From NCBI GenBank assembly GCA_964270895.1, contig OZ185442.1: 64,000 nucleotides of DNA, one strand, 5' to 3'. The stretch is from Podarcis filfolensis. Taxonomy: Eukaryota. Below the pieces are notes generated by a model. The model saw only the letters and a list, made by a program, of their open reading frames with translations, made no database searches and was not told the DNA's origin. Both the position numbers and the translations under genes were made by a program. Positions 51,530 through 63,504 of this stretch are shown one piece after another; within the stretch, counting starts at the first letter, position 1; every line of letters begins with the position of its first letter.

Positions 51530-54500
51530 CTGGAAAACAGGAGGTGGTAGGCACAGTTAGTTGGGGTCGCTTTCCACGGCTCACAGCTTTTTCACGTTCT
51601 CTTTTTTCCCCAGGCTTTCTGTGACTCTTAAGATCTGCTTTATGTGTTTGCTTTTTCCGAATTCCTGTTTAATCCACTTTTATATTGACTTTATATGTAT
51701 TTATATTACTCTCTAACCGGTTTTGTTTTTGTGATATATTGTTTATTTTTAGGTTATAAAACCACCTAGAGATTTTTGAAATATTAAGTTGTATATAAAA
51801 TGCTTTAAAATGAATGAATGAATGAAAGAAAAAATAAATAATGATATTCTGGTGTATTCTTAACTGCTTGTATCATTAAGCCTTGGCTTCTACTGTTCTG
51901 AATTATTTGAGGCCCTTTGCGAACTAAATCACCGTACCATTCCCCTGACTCTGGATTATCAATAAATATATTAAACCCTATTGGTACTAATACAGATTCT
52001 TGCAGGACTGTACTGTTCAGTTAGCTCCATGGTGAAAAAAACTATTCATTCATTCCTCAGCAGAGCGTTGCTGCTGTGATCATGCTTTACAATCCACGTG
52101 GGGGACATAATTCAAGCAGATGGGCCAGTAGCTCTCAAGAACTCACTTTTAAGGAGCTGGCTTTACACTGACTCAGTTCACACCTCACAGTAAACCGCAG
52201 TTAAATCATGGAGTGCAGGGGGTGGCTAATTCTCAGTTAGGGGGCCTGATCTGCGCCGTCTCCCCAAGCAAATTTTTCTAGCTTCCCAAAACTCCCAGTT
52301 TGGGCAATGGCAGCAAAAAGAAATAAAAAATAATTTGGCTCACCAAGGATACACCTGAGAGGACCTGTTCTTTTCCTCCTCTCAGGTTACACAAAGAGGA
52401 AAGAAGCCGCCCCCTGGCTTCGAACAAGGATCATGAGTTTTGTTTCACACCCAACAAACCACAATCTGAAGCCAAGTTTTCTTCTTGGTTAACTGGCCGT
52501 GGTTTCTCGGGAGCAGAACAAACCACAATCCCTAATTGAAACATGATGTGAAGCCGGCGATGGTGTCTCGTTCCCTGCTCTGCGTGAGAGTAAGGAGTGA
52601 AAGGCTCCTTCAGAGGCATGACTTACTGGGTGACCTGCAAATAGGGCTATCAACTATCCTCCCGTGGAGTAAGGAAGCAGACTTCAACAAGCTGCATATT
52701 GTTGCTACAAGACTGGCATTTCCACATTTGAATGCCAACTTGCTAGTTTTTAGTTTAGCAGGTAGCTCTAAAAAGTTATTTTATTTTAACAACATTTATA
52801 TACTGCTTGATTGTAAGAAAACCTGGAAACGGTTTACATAAAAAGTTATTTTGCAGATCTCTTTCTTCTCCCCCCTTCCTCACAAAGGGTTTAGATGTGG
52901 GTCTCTTTCCAGCATCATCTTCAGCGCAGATGGAAGAACAAGCTTTGCTCTTTCCTGTAACATCTAATGCAAGGATAGCAAATCTGTAAAGGGCACCACA
53001 ATTCCTATCATCCCTGAACATGCTCACTGGAGCTGATGGGAATTGTAGTCCCCGATGTCCTGTGACCTAATGCCTCCCTTTCTCCTCTTTGGTTTCCTGC
53101 TTCCAACAGCACTAACAAAATATTCATTAATTAGCATTCATAACTTTAGCAACCTGCTCCTCAAGCTGCTACTTTGCTCACTATACCGAGAGTCCACATT
53201 TGTCTTGCCAGGTCAGGGTCCTTTTCTACTTACTGGCATCAGAACTTAAGAAGGCTCCCTTGGGCGCATGAGGGATTCCGGCCCATACGCTGATCTTCCT
53301 TGGGTATCCTGGATCCACAGAATGGCTCTCCTCATCAAAGCGCCAGTACCTAGTGTTACAGAATCATAGTGTTGGATCCCTGAGGATCATCTAGTCCAAC
53401 CCTCCCCCCTCTGCAATGCAGGAATGTGAATCACTGGCCCTTCTTTCACCATTCACACTCCAGACTTCTTTATCAAACTCTGAGTGCTAGTCTTAATGGG
53501 CAGGGGGAAAACATCGTCCCTGAATTGGGGACCTCTTTACAGACCCTGCCCACACCTTTGGTAAATGCCTCAGTCCCTGGGAAGGTTAGGAGGCAAAAAT
53601 CTCGGGATTCTCCAGCCATCTGAAGATCCTGCCACCAAGTGCTATTACAAAAACTCACCAAGAATGCCTCCCTTGTTCTCTTATAACGACAACGGTGCTG
53701 GGCTGAGAGGTGCTGGAACTGAGTTCTGGCTGGGGGAAAAGCCCTGCTGCCGCCTTTCACACGCCAGCTACCCACCTGTCCCCTCTGAAGAAGAAGGTGT
53801 GCCCTGTAGGCTCCCACCAGATGGCTGCGTCCATCTTGTCGTAAGGAATGCCCTGTCCGTAGCTGGTCAGGGGTTGCGGGTAACCCGCTTCCAAATTTGC
53901 CTCACGGAAAAGCCAGTACTGATCCCCTGGAGGAAGGGCAGAAAAGAAAATTAGGCAGAGGCTGGGCCATGAAGCACACAAGAAGCCTGTCTTTCTTGTG
54001 GGGAACCCCCCCCCCCACCTCCATGCCCAATTCTATGGCATCTATCAAGTCCTGCCCAGGATGGGGTGGGTGGGTCAGGTTGCTGGTTTCAGCGCTGAGT
54101 GCAGGCGTCTGTCTGTTTACACTAATTTTTAATCCTGGTTTTTCACACTTGAAGTGCATATTGTTTGGACCAAACTGATTTCTGTAATTGTCAGTTGTTT
54201 CAAACTGTTTTTCAATAATGTGCTTTAATGCTGGCAACCTGCCCTGGGACCTTAGGCTGAAGGGTGGGTGATTACTTATATATGAATGATGATAATGGTA
54301 ATACAGAGGGGGCCAGAACACAACACTCAGCTTCCCCACCCACCCTAAAGAGCACAGGAGGGAGTTTTAAGAACAGTTCTTTGGGCTGAACTCCAGGCCC
54401 TGAGGTAAAACACAACACATTGACTTTCTGAGGGGTGCCCATGAAACGCCCACCATCCTTCTGCTGGCCCCACAGCAAGGAGAAGAGAAAGGAGTCTGTC

Positions 54501-57500
54501 AGGAAAACCCAAAGGGGCACTTTTGAGTGGGAAGGAGAGGGAGGGGAAGACACACAGAACATTTCTGCTGTCTCGACAGAAGACTCAGGAGACCCTCTAC
54601 AGGGCCTTTGCTTTAAACTTCTCTCACCTCTAAAGAAGGCGAACCGCCCGTCTTGCCTCTCATATGCAGCATCAATGTTCCCAGGGAGGCCCCTCCAGAA
54701 GTGCCCAATGGGCATGGGGTAGTTGTCCAGGACCCGGTTATGACGAACCCGCCAAAACCAGCGACCCTGGGTAAAAAAACACAGGGAGCTGCTTAATACC
54801 AAGTCAGGCCCAGTGGCCCATCTAGCTCAGTACTGTCTACACTGGCTGGCAGTGGCCATCCCCAAGGTTTCAGGCACATGGAAATGAGGAGCAGTGAACC
54901 TGGAACCTCTGGCATGCGAATCAAGTACTTTCTACAGCCTCCCCCCTGCCCTGGGGAAAGGAAGCTCAGGCCTGCTGATTCTGGTCCTGGGGCATTACAC
55001 CCACACCCTTCTCCTATTCACAGGTTCGCCTACAGGTAGGTGCCACCCATCATCATGGCAAATGAGGCTCATATCCCACTGCCTGCTGCCCACTTCAAGA
55101 GCTCCAGGCCTAGGACAAGAGGAGGGAAAGGGGTCTAGGACACTTGAACAAGTCACAAAATCTGGAATTCGGGGCACAGTTATTCCTGAGCTCCCCTCAA
55201 CACCCCATTGCACAAGCCAGACTCTCATCTTGAAGCATCACTCTGGTAACTGCAGAAAGAAACCATGGAGACAGGACAGAGGAAGCTACAGGTACCTTGA
55301 ACACAAACATCTCCCCACGGAGCATCGTCACTGTATCAAAGTCCCCGTCGCAAATGTTTGGGCCGTACTGGTCTGGGTTGCCTGGGCTGGGGGGCTGGTC
55401 TGGTTTGCCAGGAGGGGGTGGTCTAGGAGGCTTGGGACCTGGCTTTCTGGGTACCACAGTAGGGAGGGGTTTGGTGGGCTGAGGCTGTCCCCCTGGAGGA
55501 CCTGAGTTGGTGGGGCAGGAGGAAGAAAAGAGGGAGAGGGTTTTGTTTATTGCAACTTATATCCAGCCCTTCATCTGGTATAGGAGCAGAGTGTGACAAA
55601 AAGCACTAAAATATATAAAAACACAATCAGAACTGTTAAAATATAACAAAATACACAATTCACAGGTAATCTATAACTTGACATGAAATGAACCCCCAAC
55701 AGAAGTCACATCAGACAATCAACTAGCTCAGTGTCAGGTCAATTCTCCCTCCAGAAGCCCTGGGGGAATAAACATATTTTTAACTGATGTCAAAAGCTAG
55801 CCGAAGATGGCACCAATCACTTCTCAGCACGAAGGGAATTCCAGAGCCAAGGCCCCATCACAGAAAAGGCCCAGTCTCAGACCGCTGCCTGGCCCTGCAC
55901 AACTTACTATATCGGCTGATGAATGAAGAAGCTGCCAAACAAACGGGAAGATAACACAGCATCTGTCTATGGCTCAGGCCAATCCTGCAATCTTGTTTAC
56001 ATGCATATGACAGCTGATGGTCAGTCCTTAAACATACAAAGACACACACACCTTGTTTGCCTGGCACTCACCATAGAGCTGCTGGATGCCCCGAAGGTCG
56101 TCATCTGGCAGCTGGAAGTTTTCTGTGTCCATCCACTGATAGAAAGGAGCCATGATGGCGCTGGGGTTGTTGGAATGCTCCAGGCCCAAGGAATGCCCCA
56201 GCTCATGGACGGCCACCAGGAAGAGGTTGTTCCCTGTTGACAACAGGGAAGGATCGTTCCCCAGCTCCACTCACTTCCGCACTGGACAAGAAACACTTCC
56301 CCTCGATTCCACTGCTTTTTAGGCTGACGTGGAAGAGGAATCCCAGCCAACCCCACCCATGGCCAACCATTAGGCAGGGCCCAACTGAGGTTCCTGGTTA
56401 TCCAGGCCAATGTCAACGTCAGATCCCTTTGCCCATGGCAAGAAGAGCACTCCTTCCTTACATCCTTCTCAGGCCCGAGATTCTTCCTTACCAGACACGT
56501 CGGCATTCTCAAGGGTCCAGGGCTCATCCAAGTCAAAGTGTGCATCTCCTCCCATACCGGGACCCGGGAAGTATGCATGTGCCAGAAAGCCTCCGGTGCC
56601 ATCAAAGGGGGAGCTGTCCCCATGGAATCCGGAGGCAAAGAGCACCATGATGTCTGCTTCCTTCCTCCTCTTGTGCCGGATTTCATCGTATGGGATCTCC
56701 TGGAAGATGAGGGGCGTCACTCGTTCCCACACCTGGAAGGCTCGGCGGACGGCATCGTAAGAGTAGTAGAACCCCAACTTCTCTGTGTAGTTCTGGATGC
56801 TGGGAACACAGAAGGAGAGGCATTACTGGAAGCGGGAACCATGCAAGGCAAGCCTTCTCCACAGCGGCAACGCCACGTGCCTTTTAGTCCCAAGGAGCCC
56901 TTCAGCAGCAAAGATGCACACCAGCAAAAAGTTACTGAAAGGCAGGTGTAGTGGAAAAGCAAAGACTGGCAGATGAATTCCACAGAGGCTTACAGCAAGA
57001 ATGAATGGAGAGTGGGCTGCCCTGCTCACAGAAGCAACTGGCCCCTGTTTCATATTGTGATTGCCGAGGCTTTGGTGCTCCCGAAAACGCAAGCAGGCAG
57101 AGGAGGAGAGGGTGTGTTGAGTGCACATCTGGGCAGGTCACCCTTTTGCTAAGAAGAGGCAACTTTGCATTTGATCTCGAGGTCTCACCTGGGTTTTCTT
57201 TCCTCCACTGTACCTCAACCCACATGTGGGTTTATATATCGCTGCTGCCACCACCACCTTCGTGCCCAGCGTATGTGGCACAGCTGACGAGGCAGGCCAT
57301 TTCCTACAGAGGCTCAGGTCACAAAAAACTGGTCAGCCTTTAATGTCCTAGACAATCTATAGGGAGAATGCTTTTCCTCCCCTCCTGCAGGATCCAGACC
57401 CAGATATTCTAGGCATCTCTGGAAAAGCAGCAGGGACCAAATGAGCATAATCCATATGAATGCCATGCAGTACCCAGTGCAAAATGCAAGGTAAAACTTC

Positions 57501-60500
57501 CTAGGCTAACTTCAGCTTCCTGTTCTTCAGAGATATTGCTAGTCTTTATGGCGGCGTAGAAAAGTCAGCAAGGGGTGGGGCCTCTGAATTATGCTCCCTC
57601 CCCATCTTCCACTTTCCCCCTCCTAATGCTGCCCATCTCGCCTTTGTTTCTCAAAGCATTTTGAATTCTGTAATTCCAGCGTATTGCTGCAAAATTGCAT
57701 CATGCACATTTTAAAGCACAAAGACATTTGCAAAGTCTTCAGGCTTCTGTCAGCTCTACAGCCAGTTCCTGCCCCCCACCAAAGGTTCCCTCCCCAAACA
57801 GTCCTGCTTCATGCCTCAGCAGCTGTGGAACGTACCTGAAGCTCAGGTGAGCCTGGCTCCACCTCCGCCCAGTCAGTGCATAGCGTTTCCGCCGCATGTT
57901 GGCCTTGACTTGAGCCCCAATCTTGTCGGCGACACCGCAGCGGGGCCGCTTCATCCACCTGCAAGCGACAGTCAAGCCTAAGCCCTTGGTACACAGGACA
58001 CCAAGAGCCAGCACCCATGCCCACTTGCTCAAAAGTGATTCTCTTGCAGATATGAATTCAGGAATTCCCACATTAAAAGCTGAAGGAAGTCGCCCCCATC
58101 TCCACTTGCCTTGCTCTTGCAAAGTGCTAAGGTGAGCAACTGGGTGCTTGGAAGGATGGGGAGAGAGGGAGGAAACTCCCATCTAACAGAAAGATCAGTG
58201 GCAAAAGGATGGCGGAAGAGAGGGCTGAGCTGGCAGCAGGAAGGACTGTCCTTCACAACACCCATTGTATCCTCCTGGAGTTCCCCTTGCCTTGCCTCAG
58301 TTCTCCGAGAAGGAGAAATGCCTCTTTCCATCACAGGTGACCTGCAGGAGGAAGACCTTCTGAACAGGAAAAAACTTACGCTTTTGTCTCTTCATCCAGA
58401 ATGCCTGTCACAGGGATGCCATAGAAACTCTGCATCTCAGAGAGGGCTGAGGAGAGGGTCTGAGCTGAGCGCAGGGTGGACATCTGGCGGTTGGACTGCG
58501 GGAGGTAGCCATAGAACTGTAACCAGCCCTGCAAATGAAGAGGAGCCCTGTCATCAGCGTGCAAAAAGCCACACCGCCTGCAATCACACAGCTGGAATAT
58601 TTCCTTTCTGCTTTAAAACGCCTAAGGCTTTCTTAAGTGGGGTATTGTCAAGCACTCCAAAAGTAAAGCAACTTTCAATGTATTTTGTGTCAGACAGTTC
58701 CTTAAAATAAAATAAAAGAACCCTTCCTGTGTGCCCATGCAAGAGTTAAAACCCTGGACCTCCAGTTTAAGCCCTACTGTCACACTGGCAAACTTTCTAC
58801 AAATTAATATGTAGCCGTTATTAAGTGGTGGCCCCCATTTTCAGACTATAAATTGAAGGGGGAAGGCCCAGCTGCATGAACACATTTCTCAGGCTGGCAA
58901 CCAAGACTATTCATGAAACAGGATGGCCTGTAGCCTGCAGGCCAGTTTTGGTCCACGAGGCCATTTTCCCCATTAGTAGTGTCAGCTGATGGCAGGAGGA
59001 CAGGGTATAATCCTGCCTCATCTAAGCACAGGATCCTGCAGCCTAGGTATCAGGATTTAATCCCCATTCATCATCTGATGAGCTAGGATTAAAGCCCTTT
59101 GTCCTTCTACTTGAAAAGGGTTGGTGGTGGTACCTGTGGAGTTGTGTGGAACTCCCCCATACCCTGCTGACACCCACCCACTGCTCCAAATGACACCTTT
59201 GCAAAGGGAAAGCCCCTTTCAGATAAGCCTCCGCCTCCCCCTCTAACTACCAGAGCTGCTTCACATAGCCCTTTTGCAAAAGGCAAGACTATTAAGCACC
59301 ATAATGGCATTGTGTGATTGGCAGGGTGTGGCCCTGCCCACCTGTCCAATTTGGCCCAAGAGGCAGATCCCCACCCCTGGAAAGATCAGCTCAGTATGAG
59401 GTGCCCTTATTCCATGTGGGACGTTCCAGCTAGCAACAAATCTTGTGAGTGGGTCGGCTTCTCAGCCAACTCCTGAATAGGACAATTGTCTAGTGAATGA
59501 GCAGCTGGTAGTCTTGTTGACCCGCACACTCTGAAGCACAGAATCATAAGCTGGAGGCAGACAACAGATTTTCATCAGGTTGGAAGTAGTGCAGCAGACG
59601 CCTTGTTACATGTGGAGGACCCCCATTCCTTGACTTGGTTCCCCATCATCCCTAGTTAAACTGGGTTTTAAAAATATGCTTTACTATCAATAATGCAGAA
59701 TAAATATATTAATAACAATCATACAAAGAAAACAACCAAACAATAACAGAATCCATTTAGTATTAGTCATACATGAGAAGCACGAGAAAAAAACGTGAAT
59801 TAAGATTAATTCACTTTTTAAGATTAATCATTACTAATTTTGTAAAGACAAGGCTACAATTTGCCAATAACAACTGCATGAGAGAAATCTCCAGAATTAC
59901 AACAAGGGTAAGTAAAAATAAATAAAATATTAAACAAGAGCTCTACAAGTCTACAGTGTACAACACAGAGTTCCCAAGATCCTGGTCACTGATCTCCATT
60001 GTCATGTCTTTTAGCTATCACGGGCTCCATAAATTTGCATGTTTCTGCTGGTATATTTGTTTCCTCTGCTCTATAATTTATATATTTAATAAAGTCAAAT
60101 GAGACTGGGTAAAAGACCCTTTTCTTGACAGCCCTTTGTGCAGATGAACTTTACATACCAAATTTCCACCGTCGGTTTATCTGTGTACTTTCCAAAGTGT
60201 GTGATGGTAAGTTGCTGCCATTAGCAAGTAGCATATTATTTTTATAATCCAAATTTCGGCTATCCCAGATGTTCAAAATCACCAGGGTGGGAATTGCTAG
60301 TGTTTCTTGGTGAGTAATATATTGGACTTCTTCAACACGTGACTCCTGAAAATTGTCACTTTAGGGCAATTCCACCATTTATTTAATTACATTTATATCC
60401 CACCTTCTTCTCCAAGGAGCTGAAGCTGGCTTACATGGTTCTTCCCCCATCTCATTTAACCATCACAACAACCCTGTGAGATAGGTTAGGCTGAGAGGCA

Positions 60501-62809
60501 AGGTCACCAAGTGACTTCACATCTGAGTGGGATTTCAACCCTGGACTCTCAGGTCCTAGTCTGACACTCTAACCACTACACCACAGAGAGGGATATCAAG
60601 GTGGGAGTATGTACCCTTTCCTTGTCCAACAAATCAGCAAGTCTGTGAAGATGACCAGGAGAGGCAAGGCAATTAAACTGATGTAAGATGCCAGCAAAAT
60701 ATGGTTTTAAGCCAGGCATAGGCAAACACTGCACTCCAGATGCTTTAGGACTACAACTCCCATCATTCCTGACCACTGGTCCTGTTAGCTAGGGATGACG
60801 GGAGTTTTAGTCCCAAAACATCTGGAGGGCAGAGTTTGCCTATGCCTGTTTCCTATGCATTGTTTCCTTGACAATGAGCCCAAGAGCCTTGCTAATCCAA
60901 GTTTCCCTCAAGCTGCACCGTTCCCCTCAGTGCTGAGACCAAGATTCTTTCAAACTCTGTGACCTCCCCATGTCCAGTGACAATAAATTTTGGGAAACTT
61001 GCCCTTTTAAGACAATACAGCCACCCCCAACCTGTGCCCTCCAGATGTTGCTGGACTGACTACAACTCCCATCAGCCCCCACCCAACACACCGTGCTGAT
61101 GGGAGCTGCAGGGCACCAGGTTGGCATAGGCAGACCTCACATTTGCCGCCTTGCACCATTCCTTCAAAGTCAGCCTAAGTTCTCACTCACGTCTCCGTAC
61201 ATTTTGCCTTGCAGGAAAGCAACTACTTCCTTAATACTGAGCCAGCTGCTCTCTAACACACCCAAAGCCTCCTGCAAAGTTCTCTCACCTCTGGTGGGGG
61301 GGGGGAGAAGACCTTGGCTTGTATTGCTCTCACAGGTTGTGAAGAGAGCATTTTTTAAAAATCCAATTGAATTATTAGAATAGAAATCCGGTCTTGGCAC
61401 TGATAACATGCAAGTTGTAACTTAGCAAGAGAAGGCTCTGCTGAAAATGCTTCGCCACCTCACTAAATGCAAACACAGACGCCACAACTACTCATGGCAG
61501 GTGTGTGTGCTGTTGCTGCAGCCTGTGAACACATAGACCACTGGGCTCCCTGATGCACATCTCCTCTGAGACAGGAGGTCCTCCCAGCCACTGATTCAAG
61601 GGCATCTGCTGCCAACTGCGCCTGTTTTTAGAGCTGCAGCCCAAAGCTCTTCCCACCCCCTATTTATTTCCCCCCAGGAAGGTGTTTTGGGCTTCCCTGC
61701 ACTTTCCTGACTGCGCTGGGTGGTGCCACTGCAGGCATTCACCTGTCCTTGCAGCTCTAGCCCAGGTCCTGGGGCTGCCAACCTCTGCCACTCATGTCCA
61801 GGTGGGTGAGGACAAAACTAACCAGGATGAGAAGTTTGCAATCTTTTGACAAGAACCCCTTTGGTATCCTCCCCCCCCCTTTTGTGAACAGTCATTCTGG
61901 AAAGCAGAGGTCGCGCTGAGGTTCCCAGCAGCCTTCACCAACCTGGTGCCCACCAGATATTTTGGATCACAATTGCCACCATCCCCGACCTTTGCCTGTG
62001 CTGGCTGGGGCTGCAGCCCAAAGCATCAGGATGGTACCAACTTGGCAAAGGCTGTCCGGAAGACCGTGGCAGCCCAGCCAAGTTGATCTAGAACCCAGGG
62101 CTCTCCTCTGCCCTTTACACTTGGACTTTGCCAAGAAAGCTCCCTCTTCCAGTCTTGGATCAAAGCTCTCCAAAGCTTTAGAGCAAAATAAAAGGCGACC
62201 CCAGCACCCCTCAACCCCACATAATTTGGGCATAGCTGGGCACCTGTCAGGCCATCAAGCCCGAAGCTGAAACAGACAAGAAGAAGAACTGAGCGCTCCT
62301 CTTCCCACGAGTTGCTTGTTCCAAGGCCAGACTCGCTTTCCCCCTATTTGTACTCGGCCCCTTCCCGGGCAGTGGGGCGGGAGCAGCCTGGGGCCCCCAC
62401 GTGGGCCCTCGGCTGCTTGGGTCTTCCCCGAGCCGGCGCGCTGCGACGTTGCCCCACCGACTACCTGCGCTCTCCAGGCTGGTGCCCGGGGCGCAGGTGG
62501 CCGTCTGGAGAGCGCAAAGCAGGGCTGCTGCCTCCGCCGCCGCCGCCACCACCTCCTGGACGCCTCCCGCGGGCCCAGTCCGCCCCTTCCCCCCGGAGCG
62601 CCGCTCTTTTGTTCGGCCGGCGGGCAGGCGGGAGACCTTGCCCGGGCGGCCTGCCTGGCCAAGACGCAACAAGAAGCGCAGCAGAGCGGGGGACCTACCT
62701 CGGCGTCCACTTCGCCCGGGACCGGCCCCGCCGAGGCCCGCAGCAGCAGCAGCAGCAGAACCCCCAGCAGCAGCAGCAGCGAGGGCTGCGGGCAGCCTCC
62801 GCCTCCCAT
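51009..62809 (-). CDS. MMP15: Matrix metalloproteinase 15 (MT2-MMP), 661 aa; exons 62809-62699, 58528-58380, 57958-57836, 56799-56492, 56233-56072, 55501-55296, 54766-54628, 53926-53776, 53349-53234, 51529-51009
   Basis: 1986-nt spliced ORF with signal peptide, cysteine switch PRCGVAD, furin site RRKR|YA, MT-loop, zinc motif [11 protein letters not shown], Met-turn AIMAPFY, Pro-rich hinge, hemopexin repeats, TM helix and tail [15 protein letters not shown]15-type motifs ([22 protein letters not shown]) and synteny with CFAP20/CSNK2A2 support the assignment. Confidence 0.97.
53234..53349 (-). CDS. MMP15: MMP15 exon 9 (116 nt)
   Basis: cactag|G TAC TGG...GCC A|gtaagt; [38 protein letters not shown]. 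Confidence 0.95.
53358..53428 (-). mobile_element. 3' half of a CR1-tailed SINE abutting the MMP15 exon 9 acceptor
   Basis: Minus strand ATTCCTGCATTGCAG..GGGTTGGACTAGATGATCCTCAGGG..CTATGATTCT is homologous to 63425-63504 in this window. Confidence 0.72.
53776..53926 (-). CDS. MMP15: MMP15 exon 8 (151 nt)
   Basis: ctccag|GG GAT...GAC AG|gtgggt; [49 protein letters not shown]. Confidence 0.96.
54628..54766 (-). CDS. MMP15: MMP15 exon 7 (139 nt)
   Basis: acccag|GGT CGC...AGA G|gtgaga; [46 protein letters not shown]. Confidence 0.97.
55296..55501 (-). CDS. MMP15: MMP15 exon 6 (206 nt, hinge)
   Basis: actcag|GT CCT...TTC AAG|gtacct; [21 protein letters not shown]...[25 protein letters not shown]. 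Confidence 0.95.
55540..55900 (-). mobile_element. L2-like 3' fragment in MMP15 intron 5
   Basis: Reverse tail ATATCCAGCCCTTCATCTG and GGGAATTCCAGAGCC (LWNSL-coding). Confidence 0.5.
56072..56233 (-). CDS. MMP15: MMP15 exon 5 (162 nt, zinc-binding motif)
   Basis: caacag|GG AAC AAC...TAT G|gtgagt; [33 protein letters not shown]. Confidence 0.97.
56492..56799 (-). CDS. MMP15: MMP15 exon 4 (308 nt)
   Basis: tcccag|C ATC CAG...TCT G|gtaagg; [25 protein letters not shown]...HGDSSPFDG...AHAYFPG...[10 protein letters not shown]. Confidence 0.97.
57836..57958 (-). CDS. MMP15: MMP15 exon 3 (123 nt)
   Basis: ttgcag|G TGG ATG...TTC AG|gtacgt; [40 protein letters not shown](S). Confidence 0.96.
58380..58528 (-). 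CDS. MMP15: MMP15 exon 2 (149 nt)
   Basis: ttgcag|GGC TGG...AAA GC|gtaagt; [49 protein letters not shown](A). Confidence 0.96.
59660..60377 (-). mobile_element. L1 LINE 3' fragment in MMP15 intron 1
   Basis: Minus translation begins WWNCPKV..F, an L1 ORF2 C-terminal cysteine-region motif, followed by an A-rich (on +) 3'UTR. Confidence 0.65.
60378..60587 (-). mobile_element. tRNA-derived CORE/MIR-like SINE (Squam3-like)
   Basis: Minus strand: A box TGGTGTAGTGG, B-box variant GGTTGAAATCC, CORE-like CTCACAGGGTTGTTGTGA, tail ATAAATGTAATTAAATAAAT. Confidence 0.8.
60713..60848. mobile_element. Palindromic hAT-like MITE, 136 bp
   Basis: Perfect 15-bp TIR CAGGCATAGGCAAAC / GTTTGCCTATGCCTG; inner arms GGACTACAACTCCCATCA / TGACGGGAGTTTTAGTCC. 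Confidence 0.85.
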
Positions 62810-63340
62810 CCTGGACGCTCCTCTCTCGGTCCACAGCACCAGCCGCCGCCGTCCTCGCCCCGGGCCTAGCCAGGCCCCCTTCGCTACTTGTCGCCCGCCC
62901 GCCTCTGCTGTTGCTGCTGCCGCCGCCGCGCCTCGGCCATCGCCTTTGTGTGGCGGGCTGGCGCTCCAGCCTCGGCGCTGCGCCCGTCCCGTCTGCTCGC
63001 CGCTCCCTCGCCCGGCTGGCTCAGCGGAATGCTCCAAGCGCCGCCCGCCCGCCCCGTCGCGCCCTGCGCTGGGCTGGGCTTGTGGCGGCCGCCGCCTAAC
63101 GGCCAGCCGACTCACTGACCGCCCCTCAAGCCCAGGAGCCAGTCCGGAAGGCCCCCGAGGGACGGGCAGCTAGCAGCCTCACGAATCCAGACTCAAACCG
63201 GAACGAGGCGGCGGCTTGGCCGTCTGGGCTCCGAGTCCACGCTTGTAGCTGTTTCAGGCATGGGGGGCGGGGTCCCTGTGCGTTTGCTTACATAGGATTC
63301 GGCGGGACCCCAAATGCCTCGGAAGCGGCGGGAGTACTGA
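62300..63340 (-). promoter_or_regulatory. CpG-island promoter / 5' leader of MMP15
   Basis: Very high GC and CpG density around exon 1, with GC boxes (CCGCCCGCCC). Confidence 0.85.
62699..62809 (-). CDS. MMP15: MMP15 exon 1 coding part (111 nt, signal peptide)
   Basis: ccaggATGG strong Kozak; [37 protein letters not shown]|gtaggt. Confidence 0.9.
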
Positions 63341-63343
63341 GAC

Positions 63344-63504
63344 GAGCAGAGGATAGCTCACTTGGTGAGCGCATGGTGCTGATAACGCGAAGGTTGCAGG
63401 TTCGATCCCCGTATGGGACAGTAGCATATTCCTGCCTTGCGGGGGGGGGGGTTGGACTAAATGACCCGCGGGGTCCCTTCCAATTCAACCATTCTATGAT
63501 TCTA
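63344..63504 (+). mobile_element. tRNA-Ile-derived SINE with a CR1-type ATTCTATG tail (possibly Squam2-like)
   Basis: Head TAGCTCACTTGG..GCATGGTGCTGATAACGCGAAGGTTGCAGGTTCGATCCCC resembles tRNA-Ile with broken stems; ends CCCTTCCAATTCAACCATTCTATGATTCTA. Confidence 0.8.

Noticed and set aside
50940-51560. 206-aa ORF antisense to MMP15 exon 10
   Set aside because: Shadow frame of a GC-rich coding exon with CAG repeats; no independent signals.
62255-63173. Long ORFs (185-286 aa) on both strands over the MMP15 promoter, including a 102-codon in-frame extension from a GTG
   Set aside because: Expected in very GC-rich, stop-poor DNA; low-complexity translations; only the ATG at 62809 gives a proper signal peptide.
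63344-63420. tRNA-Ile(GAT)-like sequence as a tRNA gene
   Set aside because: The acceptor and anticodon stems do not pair properly and it continues into a CR1-type SINE tail, so it is a SINE head.
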